Source: Octopus vulgaris (Eukaryota). Taken from it: a DNA stretch of 64,000 nucleotides. The translations under genes and the position numbers were made by a program. Position 1 is the first letter of the stretch. Each line of letters begins with the position of its first letter. The notes beneath the pieces are model-generated. The model searched no databases, had not been told where the DNA came from, and worked only from the letters and a program-made list of their open reading frames with translations. This document shows positions 51,121-64,000 of the stretch, one piece after another. The stretch is taken from NCBI GenBank assembly GCA_951406725.2, contig OX597824.1:72230001-72294000 (forward strand), in the 5' to 3' direction.

Positions 51121-52245
51121 ATGCTCCCCTCAAATCAAGCCCTGTTCAAATAAGCCCACAGACCAAACTGATTCGGTCCACTAAAATGGAAAGTGCTGTT
51201 TCACGTTTCTCCAAGAATGAACCTGATCCAAAGGAGAGTCAGCGACTTACTCGAGAAGATTTGCTAGCAATGAATCGCAAACCTACTCCGATGCAAGAAA
51301 AGCCTGAATTCAACTCTAACCTTCCCCATCACGTTTCACCAATTAAGCGCGAGCCACCAAGTAAAACTGAACTTCATTCTCTAAATGCTGTTCCAAAAGC
51401 TCGGCACAGAGATCCAAAAGAATGGATGATAGCTCCAGAAAATTCTGATGCTGGTCGGAAGCCTGCTCCTTGGTTAGCGAACCGAAAATCTGAGTTCTCT
51501 CCATCGTCCCCCTCTTATTCTTCATCTCCTTCCTCTTCTTCTGTATCCAAAGAATATTCTCAAGCTTCCCAACACCGAAGTCCCTACCCTGTGGACAATG
51601 TTCCAAAATATAACAATGGTGGGCTTCGGCAAGAAGGCCTTCCAAAAGAGAGCCAAGTGGGGTCACAGTCTCACTGGATGGCTGAAAAGTCTGAGCAACG
51701 TAGACTATCAGATCATTGGACGGAAGGAAAGGAAGAGCCTTGGAAAGGTCCTAGTGATAATAGGGCTGTGAGACCTGCAGGTGACAGATCGAGCTATTCA
51801 CAGCGAGATCCTACATTTTCCAAAGTTGGGATAAAACCATATGTTTACAAGCAAACATCTAAGTTTTCCCCAGTAACCCCTGCTATCAGCCAGTCAACTG
51901 AAAACACCTTGAAATCCACCAACTATCGTCATTCGTATGCCTCGTATGAGGACTCTGTCAGGCCATATGATGGACTCTCCCATGGCTACTCCAGCTCGAA
52001 CCTCTCCACTGCTGGTTCTTATTCCCCACACACTTCAAATCCATATGGAAGCACGTACACAAAGAACAATAACTCAGCTCGACCATTTCAAGGCCAGGGT
52101 GGAATAACTGGATTCCAGCAAAGAGATAACTCTGCAGCAACCAAGTTACCTAATGCTAGATCAATGACATCTCTTAGCAGTGATAAAACAGAACAAGTAT
52201 CAGTAACTGGTGTCGAGATATGCTCCCATTGCCACGAGAAGTTAA
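51121..52245 (+). CDS. LMO7: LMO7-like exon 16 (1125 nt, ends in the first LIM CxxC)
   Basis: tttatag|AT. Open frame ending VSVTGVEICSHCHEKL. Donor A|gtaagt, phase 1. Confidence 0.92.
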
Positions 52246-52519
52246 GTAAGTATCCCTAACACTAACTCTCTGCTCACTTCTCACATGTCAAAGCATGACC
52301 AATCCCCAATTTTGAACTTTGTGAGTATTTTGAAGTTAAGTTAACCGTTTTTAATTCACTATCGTCTCTGTCAACTCCAATAGCTTTCTCTTCCATATTT
52401 GATATTGTTCCCTCTTTCCTCCTGTCCCTTCCCACTATAACACTTTAACTTAAGATCCCCTTCGGTCATGAATGACCATTGGATTGCACCTAGAAAGTTA
52501 CCCTCTAAGGTTGTTTATG

Positions 52520-52738
52520 AAGGCGGCAATCTGGCAGAAACGTTAGTACACCGGGCGAAATGCTTAGCGGTATTTCATCTGCCGCTATGTTCTGGGTTCA
52601 AATTCCGTCGAGGTCGACTTTGCCTTTCATCCTTTCAGGGTCAATTAAATAAGTACCAGTTACGCACTGGGGTCGATATAATCGACTTAATCCATTTGTC
52701 TGTCCTTGTTTGTCCTCTCTGTGGGTTGTAAAGAAACA
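52520..52738 (+). mobile_element. SINE family A nested in a - strand family C-type SINE (about 52450-53000)
   Basis: Target-site duplication aggttgtttatg. An uninterrupted host homolog lies at 54295-54580. Confidence 0.85.
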
Positions 52739-54629
52739 GGTTGTTTATGGAAGACAAGCAGTCGCCCATGCATACCAGCCTCTTCTTCTCCACACCACTG
52801 ATGTTATCCAAGGGAAGAGCCAAGGCCAGTACAGCTTGGCACCAGTGACATCACAGCTCATTTCTACGGCTGAGTGAACTATAGCAATGTGAAATAAAGT
52901 GTCTTGCCCAAGAAAACAACACACAGACTAGTCTGGAATCAAACTTACTAGCTCAAGATTGTGAGCCAATGCTCTAACCACTGAGCCATGCGCTTCACCC
53001 CCAAAACGCTACTATCACAATAATAACCAGTTTACCTGCTGGCAAAACCTTTCAAATACATATACAAGCCAAGTAACTTACCATGTGGTTCTGTGAAATA
53101 GAAATAGCAACCAAAATCCCATTAAATTACACCTTACCTATCTTTAAAAAAAAAAAAAAGAATGCATAGTGGATCTTTTTTTTTCTTTTATAACTTGCTA
53201 GGTTTGATGGAAAAACAGTTCCTATGGCCCCTCTGCAGACCCTCAGAGCCAGTTGAAATTGGATGCCATTAACATTCCTCTTGACATAAACAAGGAGGGA
53301 GTTCTTGAGTGAGGGTGTGTGTGGGTGAGGAAGAAATTCTTGATATGAAGGACTAAGAAGAGTGATTAGTTCAGGGCCTAAGGTGGAGTTGATGCAACAA
53401 GAGTGATTAGAGAAGGGGAGGAGAGACGAGTGGGTTGAGAATGCCCGAGTGGAGATGGCACGAGCCCATCCAGCTCTGGGGAGCAGAAGCCATCATTTTT
53501 GCTGGAGAAATGTCAAAAAGAGGAGACAGCACAGCACACTCATAGACTAGAAGGTGGAGTGTGTGTCTGTGAGTGACTTTATGACAATTAGTCAGATGTG
53601 GAGAAGTGGGTTGTGGGGTATGCTTTAATGATGTGATCCACTATGTCTAAGAAGGAAATATGGGTTGGTCACAGGTGAAAGGCCTTAGGCTAAATGACAA
53701 CATCCACCTCTTATGTATATAAGAACTGTAACTAGGAATAAGGGGAAGAAGACTGAGTCTTAGTTAGTTAGTATTATGATAATCTTAATCCAATTTTTAT
53801 CACTTTCTCACCACCACTGCTTCCGTATGTATAGCTTGAAAAGCCAATAAGGGTACCTTGTAGTGGTTGCTCGATTTGCTAGAAGTAGCAACTAAATCTC
53901 CTTCAAGTTACAGTGTACTGTCTTAAAAAGGAATGGATTGAATAATGTAGTCAAAGCTTAGCCATCACTCACAAGCAAGCATTGACCTGATAGCTTGTAG
54001 TATATCTTTGTTTTAGATGTCTTTGGAGTCATAAGCATACAAAGACACACGCTTAGCCCTCCCACCTTAGACCCAGCAAAATATTCAGGATGTGACAGCT
54101 GGAAGGAAAGTGGACTGTCCCCCAACAGTCATCTGGTACTCATTTTCAATTGAGTTGACTGGAGCAACAGGCAACAATGTGCCTTGCTCAAGGACACAAT
54201 ATGCTACCCTGTCAAGGACTAGAACTCCTGGCTTTATGATTGTGAGCCCAACACTCTAACCACTAGACCACTTGTCTTCACTGGCTAATAGAAAAGGTAA
54301 AGAACCCTTTGGTCATGAATGACCCTGGGGTTGCACCTAGAATGTTCCCTTCTGAGGCACAAGTCCGGGCAAGGTTGTTTATAGAAGACCAGCAGTTACC
54401 CATGCATATCAGCCTCTCCTCTCCATGCCACTGGTGTTATCCAAGGGAAAGGCCAATACAGCTTGGCACCAGTAATATTGCAACTCATTTCTACAGTTAG
54501 AGGAACTGGAACAATGTGAAATAAAGTGTCTTGCTCAAGAACAGAACACACAGCCCAGTCCAGAAATCAAACTCACTGAATTTGATCATAGGCTTGCTCA
54601 GTCAGTGCTGACCTGGGGTGGGGTTTAAA

Positions 54630-55060
54630 CAATCACCACCACTACTACCACCATCACCACCTCTACCACCAACATCACTCACCTCCACCCTAAACAGCAA
54701 CATCAACACCACCACCAACATCAACAACACCAACACCACCACCACCATCCAACACCACCACCACCATCCAACACCGCCATCACCACCCAACACCAGCATC
54801 ACCACCCAACACCAGCACCACCACCCAACATCGCCACCCAACACTGCCACCAACACCCAACTCCACTACCACCACCCAACTTTACCACCACCATCCAACC
54901 CCGCCACCACCACCCAACATCAACACCACCCAATACCGCTGCCACCACCACCCAAACTACCACCACCACAACCAACTACCACCACTACAACCAACACCAT
55001 CATCACCCAACCGTAACACCACTCTCACCACCAACACCATCATCACCCACCACTGCCACC
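54630..55060. repeat. (CCA/CAA)-rich low-complexity tract
   Basis: Directly visible; ends about 40 bp before the LIM exon acceptor. Confidence 0.9.
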
Positions 55061-55097
55061 CCTTCTACTATATCATTCATCCTTGTCTCTCCCACAG

Positions 55098-55279
55098 TGA
55101 ACACAGCTTCAATGGCTATTGAGACCCTGGGACTCTACTACCACGTTAAATGTTTCCACTGCAGTGTGTGTCGCATTCAGCTGGGTAATGGCACCGAAGG
55201 TACAGACGTGCGCATCCGCCATAACAAACTGCACTGCCAGAACTGCTACAGCTGCAGCGAAGGTATAGCAACGCCATGA
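55098..55279 (+). CDS. LMO7: LMO7-like exon 17, LIM domain, stop TGA at 55277-55279
   Basis: cccacag|TG. Reads MNTASMAIETLGLYYHVKCFHCSVCRIQLGNGTEGTDVRIRHNKLHCQNCY, completing the LIM zinc-finger pattern with the LMO7-type VRIR signature. Confidence 0.95.
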
Positions 55280-55462
55280 CACTGACTGGTCGTTTCTCTT
55301 TTTGTGATTTTTTTTTTTACTTTGTTGTTGTTGTTTTTCTTTTCTTTTCTTTTTTTTTATGCTGGTCAGGGTGTGGAAATGTTGAGGAAGAGAGCAAGCG
55401 AGTTGACCTCTCTTGCTTTTTTTCTGTTTCCTTCTCTCTTTCTCTCTCTCTATTTGACTTGG

Positions 55463-55495
<33 letters not shown>

Positions 55496-56612
55496 TTTGC
55501 CTTCTCTCTCTTCTTGTTCTTTTTCTCTTTATATCTGCTTCTGTCTATCTCTTCTGCTTCTCTCTCTCTCTCTCTCTCTCTCTCTTCCCCTTCCCCTATA
55601 AGCCATCTCTGTTAATGTCTTCCAGCTTTATATCTCTTAGTTTCCTGCCTAACCCTCTCAAAATTATAACACCTGCTATAGTTTGATACAAGATCAAATA
55701 CACATCTACAGGTATAATTGCATACACATACACATATGTACACACAGACACACACGCATACATATAAATACATTTACTTGATTATCAAATTTGCTTGATC
55801 ATCAAAAATTCAAAAGGGATTATTGCATTTTGTGTCTGTTGGAAGATGATGTCGGGTCAGCCGAGGCTGTCTTTTAAATGTGTAAACTAAATAATCCAAA
55901 AGTATCATATTCTTCTGGATTTGGCTTTTATTCTTCATAATTCTGTTGTTTTTAATGCGATCTCATTTGGTCTCTCTCCTGAATTTTTATCCATTTTACT
56001 TGGCTGGAGTGAGTGATACCATTTTTCAAAATATTGTCATTTTTATCTCTGTAGATTCTTATTGGTCATGAATGCGCTTGTCACCAGTGTGTATAAACAT
56101 ACATTGCGAATTAATACTGTTAATTAATGCTCCTGAGTGACTTAGGTTTACATGTCTTTAGCGTTCTCTTTGTGTGTGCATGTGTGCACAGCCATATCCA
56201 CACATGTATATAATCATATAGATCTACATGTATGTGGATACAAGCATAAGTACACAAACACACAGACAGTTATGTGTGTATGTAGTATATATGGATTATA
56301 TTCACATAAAAACACACTCATCTATGCACATATACACACATGCCTTTGTCAGTATATACTATCTGTATCTGCTAGTAATATGTATGTTTGTATGTATTGG
56401 CTTATAAATATGTATGTATTGTGTGTGTGTGTGTGTGTATATTTATATATATATATATATATATATATAAAGTAAATAGGTTTTAAATCAATTTAAATTA
56501 TGTATCACAATTATGCAATTGTACGTTTAATGATGTTTGTCTTAATGAATCAGCTTTTCAGCACAGTTAAAGTTTGAACTGCACAAGAAATTTATACTCT
56601 CTTGCTGATAAA

Positions 56613-56651
<39 letters not shown>

Positions 56652-58734
56652 TACACACACATATATATATACACATACATGTGTCATATGTCTACACATA
56701 TAGTTTTGTCTGAAAGTTGTTTTTTTTTTATGAAAGATAATTGGTTTTTAGTGTATTTATTTAAATACTATATCGGGTTAATAATTACTTCAACATTAAT
56801 TCAGAGATCAGATGATCTGGATCTAGTAGAAAGATCCAGGGAAAAAATATCCATAATTGAAAATCCATGCAATTCGGCCTGACCAATCATTGATCAATAT
56901 GAAGTGTTCAAGACAGAACAGATCTGATATATATGGAGGAAATCAGTATGAACCAATCTTCTCTGATTCTCAGTATAATGTGTTGTGTTATGGTGTATTA
57001 GCAGTGTGTGGGATCTCATGCTATTTTCTAAATTTTGTATTGATCATGAACTAGTGTGAGCTAATGATCAATTCATCTGGTCCTTTTCTGAAGACAATCA
57101 GTGAGAAGTCCAGTATGATCTTTTAGTTGTTCATTGAATGTCAGTTTGATTCCTGTATGATCCCTGCTTAATGTAAAAATTCACACATGATCCAGTTTTC
57201 TATAAAGTTCACAAGATTCAATGTGCTATGAGGATCAATGTGATCCATTGCATATAAAAATCGATATGATCATTGCTGAGATTACCAATTATATGATCCA
57301 GTCTTGCCTGAAAATATACATGATCCAATACGAAAATCAATATGATCAATGATTAGTCCTATCTGTTTGTCGTTATAATCCAATGTGATATAAAAATGTT
57401 TGTGGTGATGTCCATTAATTTTAGTATTTCCCAGAAAATTCATGTTTGATTATCAAACATGCAGAAACAATTTTTGTACTTAATATCAGTTGGAACATGA
57501 TATCAGATGGGGTTGTCTTTTAAAATGTCAAAGCTAAGTAATCAAAGAAAATTATATTCTTCTAGATTGTGTTTTAGTCTTCATAATTCTATTGTAATTT
57601 TTATCTGATCTCATTTGGTAACCCTCCTGACTTTTTTTCCATCTTACTTGGATCCATTTGATTTCTCTGTTTGGAATTTATGACTGTTTTTCAAAATATC
57701 ATCATCTATCTCACTGTAGATTATTATTGTTAATCCATGGGTTTATCACCAGTGTATATAAATATACATTGTTAATTCATACTGTTAATTAATGCTGCTG
57801 AATTCACTTAGCTGTTTTTATCAAGATGTGATCAGAGATAACCAAGAAAATACAACTGAATTATACAATCTTTCAGATGTATTCCAGACACTTAAAACAA
57901 TCAATCTTGAAATAAATGATTGCCAAAAATTCCATTTCAAATATCATTGTTTTGGAAACATCATTTTTTAAAAATATACAAGAAAAAAAATTGTTTCAGC
58001 GTTTGTTTCTGTGTGAGTAATTAATTATCCCAAAGTGCTTCCCTATTTTAATTACATGATCAGTACAAAGTTATTTTAATGTAAAAACTAAATTTTTCTG
58101 TGTAGGAATTTCTGTGCTTTCAATTTCTTCAGGTTTCATGTAGCCTGTTACATAAACATTTCCTCATTAGAGTGGTCCCCTTGATATCTTGGGATTTTGT
58201 ACTCTGGCTATGGACATGTTTGCAGCAAATGGTGCATCTGTCAGTTTGTCTTAGAGCAAGGATTTTTATTACTCTGCCATCCACCATCTGTCTGACCTGG
58301 TTGTTTACTGGTGAAGTAAAATCATTTAGAAACAAGGCTACATGAAAAAGGACAATATGAAGAGTTAGCTGGTCTGGCAAAAGTGAATTCACTTCTTGAA
58401 ATATTAGGGAAGTGAGTTCATTTAACAGAATGTCAATTTGGTTTCAGCTACATATTTGTGATTGTACTTGTGTATGCACCACACACATACATGTGTGAAA
58501 CCCTGAAAAAATGAATTGATAAGATTATGTAATTTCACAAAACAGTTGTATAATCTTGTCAGTTGATTTACTGAAACGTGTGTATGCTTTATAAAACTTG
58601 AAATACCAAGTTATATATATATATATAATGTATCCATCACAGCTGATCTTACCAATTGGTTACAATGGAAATACCTATACTGGGTATAGTACTGTACACT
58701 TCAGATAATATACCCACTATATATATACATATAT

Positions 58735-58778
<44 letters not shown>

Positions 58779-58846
58779 TGTGTAGATATGTGGGTGGGTG
58801 TGTTTTTGATCTCACATGCACACCTACACAAGTCTTTGTGTATGTA

Positions 58847-58907
<61 letters not shown>

Positions 58908-59189
58908 CAGAGAGAAAATGCAAGCATAGACAAGTGGTTAAGAAAGAAGTTCCCTTCACAGTCATGGGTCCTGAGGTTCAATTCTGTTGCATGGTATGAT
59001 TGAACTTTGTCAAGTATCTTTTACCATACATAGCCCTGGATCCAACCAATCCTCACAAGTGAAATCGGCTGGACAGAAACTGTGAACTGTAGATCAGTTG
59101 GACTACATCTTTAATTCAAAGGGCCAACCTTGTCATACACTGTCACATTGATGTGACAAGGCTGGCCTGAGAATTATATTGCAGTACTC

Positions 59190-59421
59190 TTAACCCTTTG
59201 AACCTGCAAGTACGCTTTAGCAGACATGATTTCACTTTCTTTGGAAGACACAAAAGAGGAAGGCCACAAGGTTTTGTGTTAATGGCTAAAAACAACAACG
59301 TTTCTTCCAACTGGTAAGCAGTAAATACAAAACCCAGTGGCCAATCTCTTTTTTAATCTTCCAGTGGTATAGTCAAACAAAATTGTGCTTGCTGAAGTGT
59401 ACTCATGGATCCAAAGGGTTA
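59190..59421. mobile_element. piggyBac-like MITE, second family
   Basis: TTAA-CCCTTTG ... CAAAGGG-TTAA. A degenerate relative lies at about 43017-43266. Confidence 0.7.
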
Positions 59422-59445
59422 AGTGTACAAAGGATCTAAAGGGTA

Positions 59446-59673
59446 AAGGCGGTGAGCTGGCAGAAACGTTAGCACGCCGGGCGAAATGCTTAGCGGTATT
59501 TCGTCTGCCGCTACATTCTGAGTTCAAATTCTGCCAAGGCCAACTTTGCCTTTCATCCTTTCGGGGTCGATTAAATAAGTACCAGTTACACACTGGGGTC
59601 GATATAATCGTCTTATTCCATTTGTCCTTGTTTGTTCACTCTGTGTTTGGCTCCTTGTGGGTAGTAAAGAAAT
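59446..59673 (+). mobile_element. SINE family A
   Basis: Matches the family consensus. Confidence 0.88.
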
Positions 59674-62103
59674 GGGTACAAGTGTTTGTGGAATACTCAG
59701 CCATTTGCAATGTAATTCAATGAGTAGGTGGCTCAGTTGATCAAACACACTGCTGGAATATTCCTTGATAAATTCAGCAGACATCCATTTAATTTTCTAG
59801 GCACAGAAAACATAGCTGCATAATGAAGTTGTTTTGCTTCACAACCACGAGATTTCAGCCATGTGGTTTCAGGTTCAGTCCCACTGTTGAGCATTTTGGG
59901 CCTGTGGGTGTTATATTATAGCTTCCAACTAATGTCTTGTGAGCACATTCAATAGAAGGAAACTGCAAGAAAGTCTGTCATGTATTTACGTTTGTGGATG
60001 TATGCATGTGTATGTGTGTCTTTGTCTTGCTGCTTGAAAGCTGGTGTTGGTTTGTTTATGTCCCCATAACTTAGTGGTTCAGTGAAAAAGTCTAAAAGAA
60101 TAAGGAACAGACTTAAAGTAAGCACTGGGTCAATGTGTTTGACTGAATCTTTTATGGCAGTGCTCCAGCATGGCCACAGTCCAATGACTGAAACATAAAA
60201 AAAAAAATGTATGTGTGCATTCACACCAATGCTTATCATACTCACTTTTTCCATGAGTTGTATTCTTTGAGAAATGGTGTTGCTTTTTTTCAAAAGTTTT
60301 TAATCTTATATTATCGAATGAACAACTCATATGTTTCTTTCATTTATTGAAGAAAAATTATCCATACTGGCATTGTTATTTCTGCTAAGTCTGCCTTAAG
60401 CCTACAGGCTCTTGAACCCAGACCTCATTCAGATTTTGAAGGCATTTATGCTGAAAGTACAAGACTCTCCATTCTGAATAGGATGCCAGTTCATCATATT
60501 AACTCATTTTCAGCTGAATGAACTGGAGCAACATGAAATTAAGTGCCTTGTTGGCAGACACAATGTACTGCCCTGTCTGAGGATAAAACCTGCAACCTAA
60601 CTATTCTGAGCCCAGCACCCCAACAGTCACTGAGTAATATGCTTTCATTATTTCATATGACTTCCATGAGATTTTAACTCAGCAAGGGATGTCTCTAATA
60701 AGTTATAAGAGTAGCCTTAGAGTGTGTGTGTGTGTGTGTGGATAAAAGCATAACTGAGTGTTAAGAAGTTCATGTCACAACCATAAGACTCTAAGTTCAA
60801 TTTGATTTCATGGTGTATGAAAATATCTTTCACCATATCCTTGTATTTTCATTGTTTCTGTTAAGGATTTCATTAAAGGCTTTTATATCATTTGAAATTT
60901 AATATTCTAGCAGAAATTACATTAGTAAATCACCATGTTTAACTTTTCTAATAATAAACTCTTATATTTTATTCATGACAATCCATACATAGCTCCCCAG
61001 TTTTTTTGTTTTTTCCTAATTCCTTTTTAACTCCACATCAGCTGTAATTGAGCAGACTTATGATCAAAAGTGTCAACCCTTGACCATTTTGTCTTTTATT
61101 CAGACATAGTGCAAGATTATATGATCAGATGTATCCATACTTTCAAAGCCCGGCACTAATCACTACCCAGTCCTTTCCCAGGACAGTGGTCTTCTGGAAT
61201 TTCCTTACTCATATCTTTCCTGCAGCTGTTGACTTACAAATGTTCATCATCATCATCATTTAACATCCGCTTTCCATGTTAGCATGGGTTGGATGACTTG
61301 ACTGAGGACTGGCGAACCAGATGGCTGCACCAGGCTCCAATCTTGATCTGGCAGAGTTTCTACAGCTGGATGCCCTTCCTAACGCCAACCACTCCGAGAG
61401 TGTAGTGGGTGCTTTTACGTACCACCGGCACGAGGGCCAGTCAGGCGGTACTGGTAACAGCCACAAAAAAAATCTTTTTTTTTTTTTTCAAGAGAGAAAT
61501 TACCAGCGAGGTTGGCATCAATTTCTCTGGTATAGGAGGACCTCTGAAGTATAGGCACTACTCACTTCTTCCAGTTCAGCGAATAAAACTTGCATTTCTT
61601 TCAAGACAGCTGCATGTAAAAGAGCAACCATTTCACTTGTATTTGAAGGAAACATCGTTGCTTTTTCTAGCGGGCTTATTGACCCCATGTAGCATTTCAT
61701 TAGTTATGCTGCCCAAACTTTATGTCTCCATTATTGCTACATAGAACAGTGTTAGTGTTGCAAAACTGGTAATGTACTGGCATTTTTCTTACTTTCTGAG
61801 TTCAAACCCACCTTTGATTAGCGTACATAGATACATACATACGTTGTTTTGTAGTTATTGGTAATATTTTTATATTGTATTTGATGAATTACAAATAAGA
61901 CTTTACTGTGATAAACCAATAAACTTGGAGTGTAAAGAAATTTTGTGTATGTATGAGTGTCTGCATGTGAGTTTTTCCAATGGTACATATGTGCTTGTGT
62001 ACATTTGTATGTGTGTCTGTTTGTTTGTGTGTGTTGAGTGTACACACAAATTGTATATATAGACATATTACACACACACACAGACATGCACACACACACA
62101 AAC

Positions 62104-62158
<55 letters not shown>

Positions 62159-63780
62159 TACATATGTACAGTGTTATATACAAATACATAGGCACTCACA
62201 TTCATGAGTGTATATTTTTGTATATGCTGTGTGTGTGTGTTTATCTATGTCTGAGTGTATACTCACAAATATATTACACAATGCATACACATAGACATGC
62301 CGCAACCATTTTTTTCTTTTTATGATTTCAAACATGCACACACAAAATTTAATCCTTTTGTTAATTTCATACAAATTTGCTTCCATACACACACACACAC
62401 ACAAATTAAAAATAAAGGTACTGCTTAAATCTGTGATAGTAACCTAATATATTTGATAAAGCAATGTAAAGGTACTAAACTTGTACAGCAACACACCTTG
62501 ATCAGTAAGCTTTACTTCAAAAATAACCCACACCTGAAGGTGCACAATCTGTCTAATCACTCACTAATCAATAACTGATTTTATCGAACAAAGCTGCTGT
62601 ATGTTCTCTTTTATGTTTCCAATAAATGTTTCCTATAGATTCTGAGTTGGTTATTGTTGGTTATTATTTTTTAGACTATAAATTTATATATACTATCCGC
62701 ATGTGTACACATTCTTGCACATATACTCTCTTTCTCTCTCTCTGCCTCTTACATGCATAGGTACACATATACGTACATATATGCGTACATGCATGCTTAC
62801 ATTCACATAGTATATAGGGAGATAGAGAGAACATGGGACAACGACTGCATGTACATACATGTATGTGTAGATGGTATCACATAGATGTATGTACATACAG
62901 AGGTGTAGTCATCATCATTGTTGTCATCCTCATCATCATTTTTTACATTCATTTTTCTCTTGCTGGCATGAGTTGGATGAAACTTGACACAGCATCCTAC
63001 AACTGGCTACCTTTCCTGATGCCAAATCTTATTTTCAAGTTAAGTACTTACTTCCCTGGTCGTTTGTGGGATGAGCCATTCAACAACTGCACATGTTTTT
63101 ATGAGAGGCATAAGATATAATACCACTATTTAACCTTTAGCATACTGCATATGTTTTTATGAGAGGCATAACATATAATACTACTATTTAACCTTTAGCA
63201 CACTGCATTTTTTCTAGAATTGTTTCCCCTGTCACTGCCCTGTGACTACATACAGGGGAGACAATTCATACAATGACATGATGCACTTACAGTATGCTAA
63301 AGTTTAAACAGTTGACATTGTTTTACACTCAGTCACCTAAGCAGTATCAAGGTACATATGGAAAGACATATATACTCACACATACTTGCTCATACATTTA
63401 CTTGTACACACACACACCCACACATAGACAATGGATTCTATCTGCCAGTTTCACTCCTGAGGCTGTAGTAGATAACACTTGCCCAAGGTGCATGCTGTGT
63501 GAACGAATCCAAAGCCATATGGTTGCAAAGCAGGCTACTTAATCACACAGCCATGCTTGTTTCCACACCACACATGTATACATTTGTATTGTGTTCACTT
63601 GTATACATCTATGTGTTTGTGTCTGTATGCGTGCATCAGCATTATTGTAATGCTCACTTTTCCATGCTTGCATGGGCCTCATACAGTTTATTGAAGCAAA
63701 TTTTCTAAGGCCTTGGGTACCTTCAGCAGAGTCCAATCTGTTATGAGATTTTTGGGTCAGGTCTCCAATTCACATATACA

Positions 63781-63811
<31 letters not shown>

Positions 63812-64000
63812 TTTCTTTCTCTTTCTCTTTCTCTCTCACTCTCTCAAGAATAATGAAAAAGAGTAATAAAAAAGACTGTCAGATATATAGTACTGTGAGT
63901 GCCAAAATGGCAGTGTGGTTAAGAAGTTCATTTTGCAAGCATGTAGTTCCAGGTTCAATTCCAGTGCTTGCCACCATGGGCAAGTATCTTTCATTCTAGT

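Noticed and set aside
54618-55016. Pro/Thr/His-rich ORF
   Set aside because: It is a CCA low-complexity tract; exons 16 and 17 splice in phase without it.

Overview
AT-rich, repeat-dense animal genomic DNA. The microsatellites and tRNA-derived SINE families resemble octopus (coleoid cephalopod) DNA; this taxon call is an inference. The window is spanned by one + strand gene, an LMO7/LIMCH1/Smallish-family scaffold. I traced 17 GT-AG coding exons by hand from 3253 to 55279 with consistent phases (about 1580 codons). They encode the end of the calponin-homology domain, a DUF4757-type segment, a PDZ domain, a coiled coil and a C-terminal LIM domain; the 5' exons lie upstream of the window. The introns hold SINEs, CR1 and RTE LINE ends, a decayed mariner, several MITE types, Helitron-like elements and minisatellites. 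Most ORFs in the supplied track are repeat artefacts. Most unusual: a hammerhead-ribozyme-like motif with its three strands in a non-canonical order (26007-26069, - strand), several long intronic foldbacks made from single transposon ends, two apparent locally templated insertions, and candidate alternative first, poison or terminal exons in the long intron before the PDZ exons.
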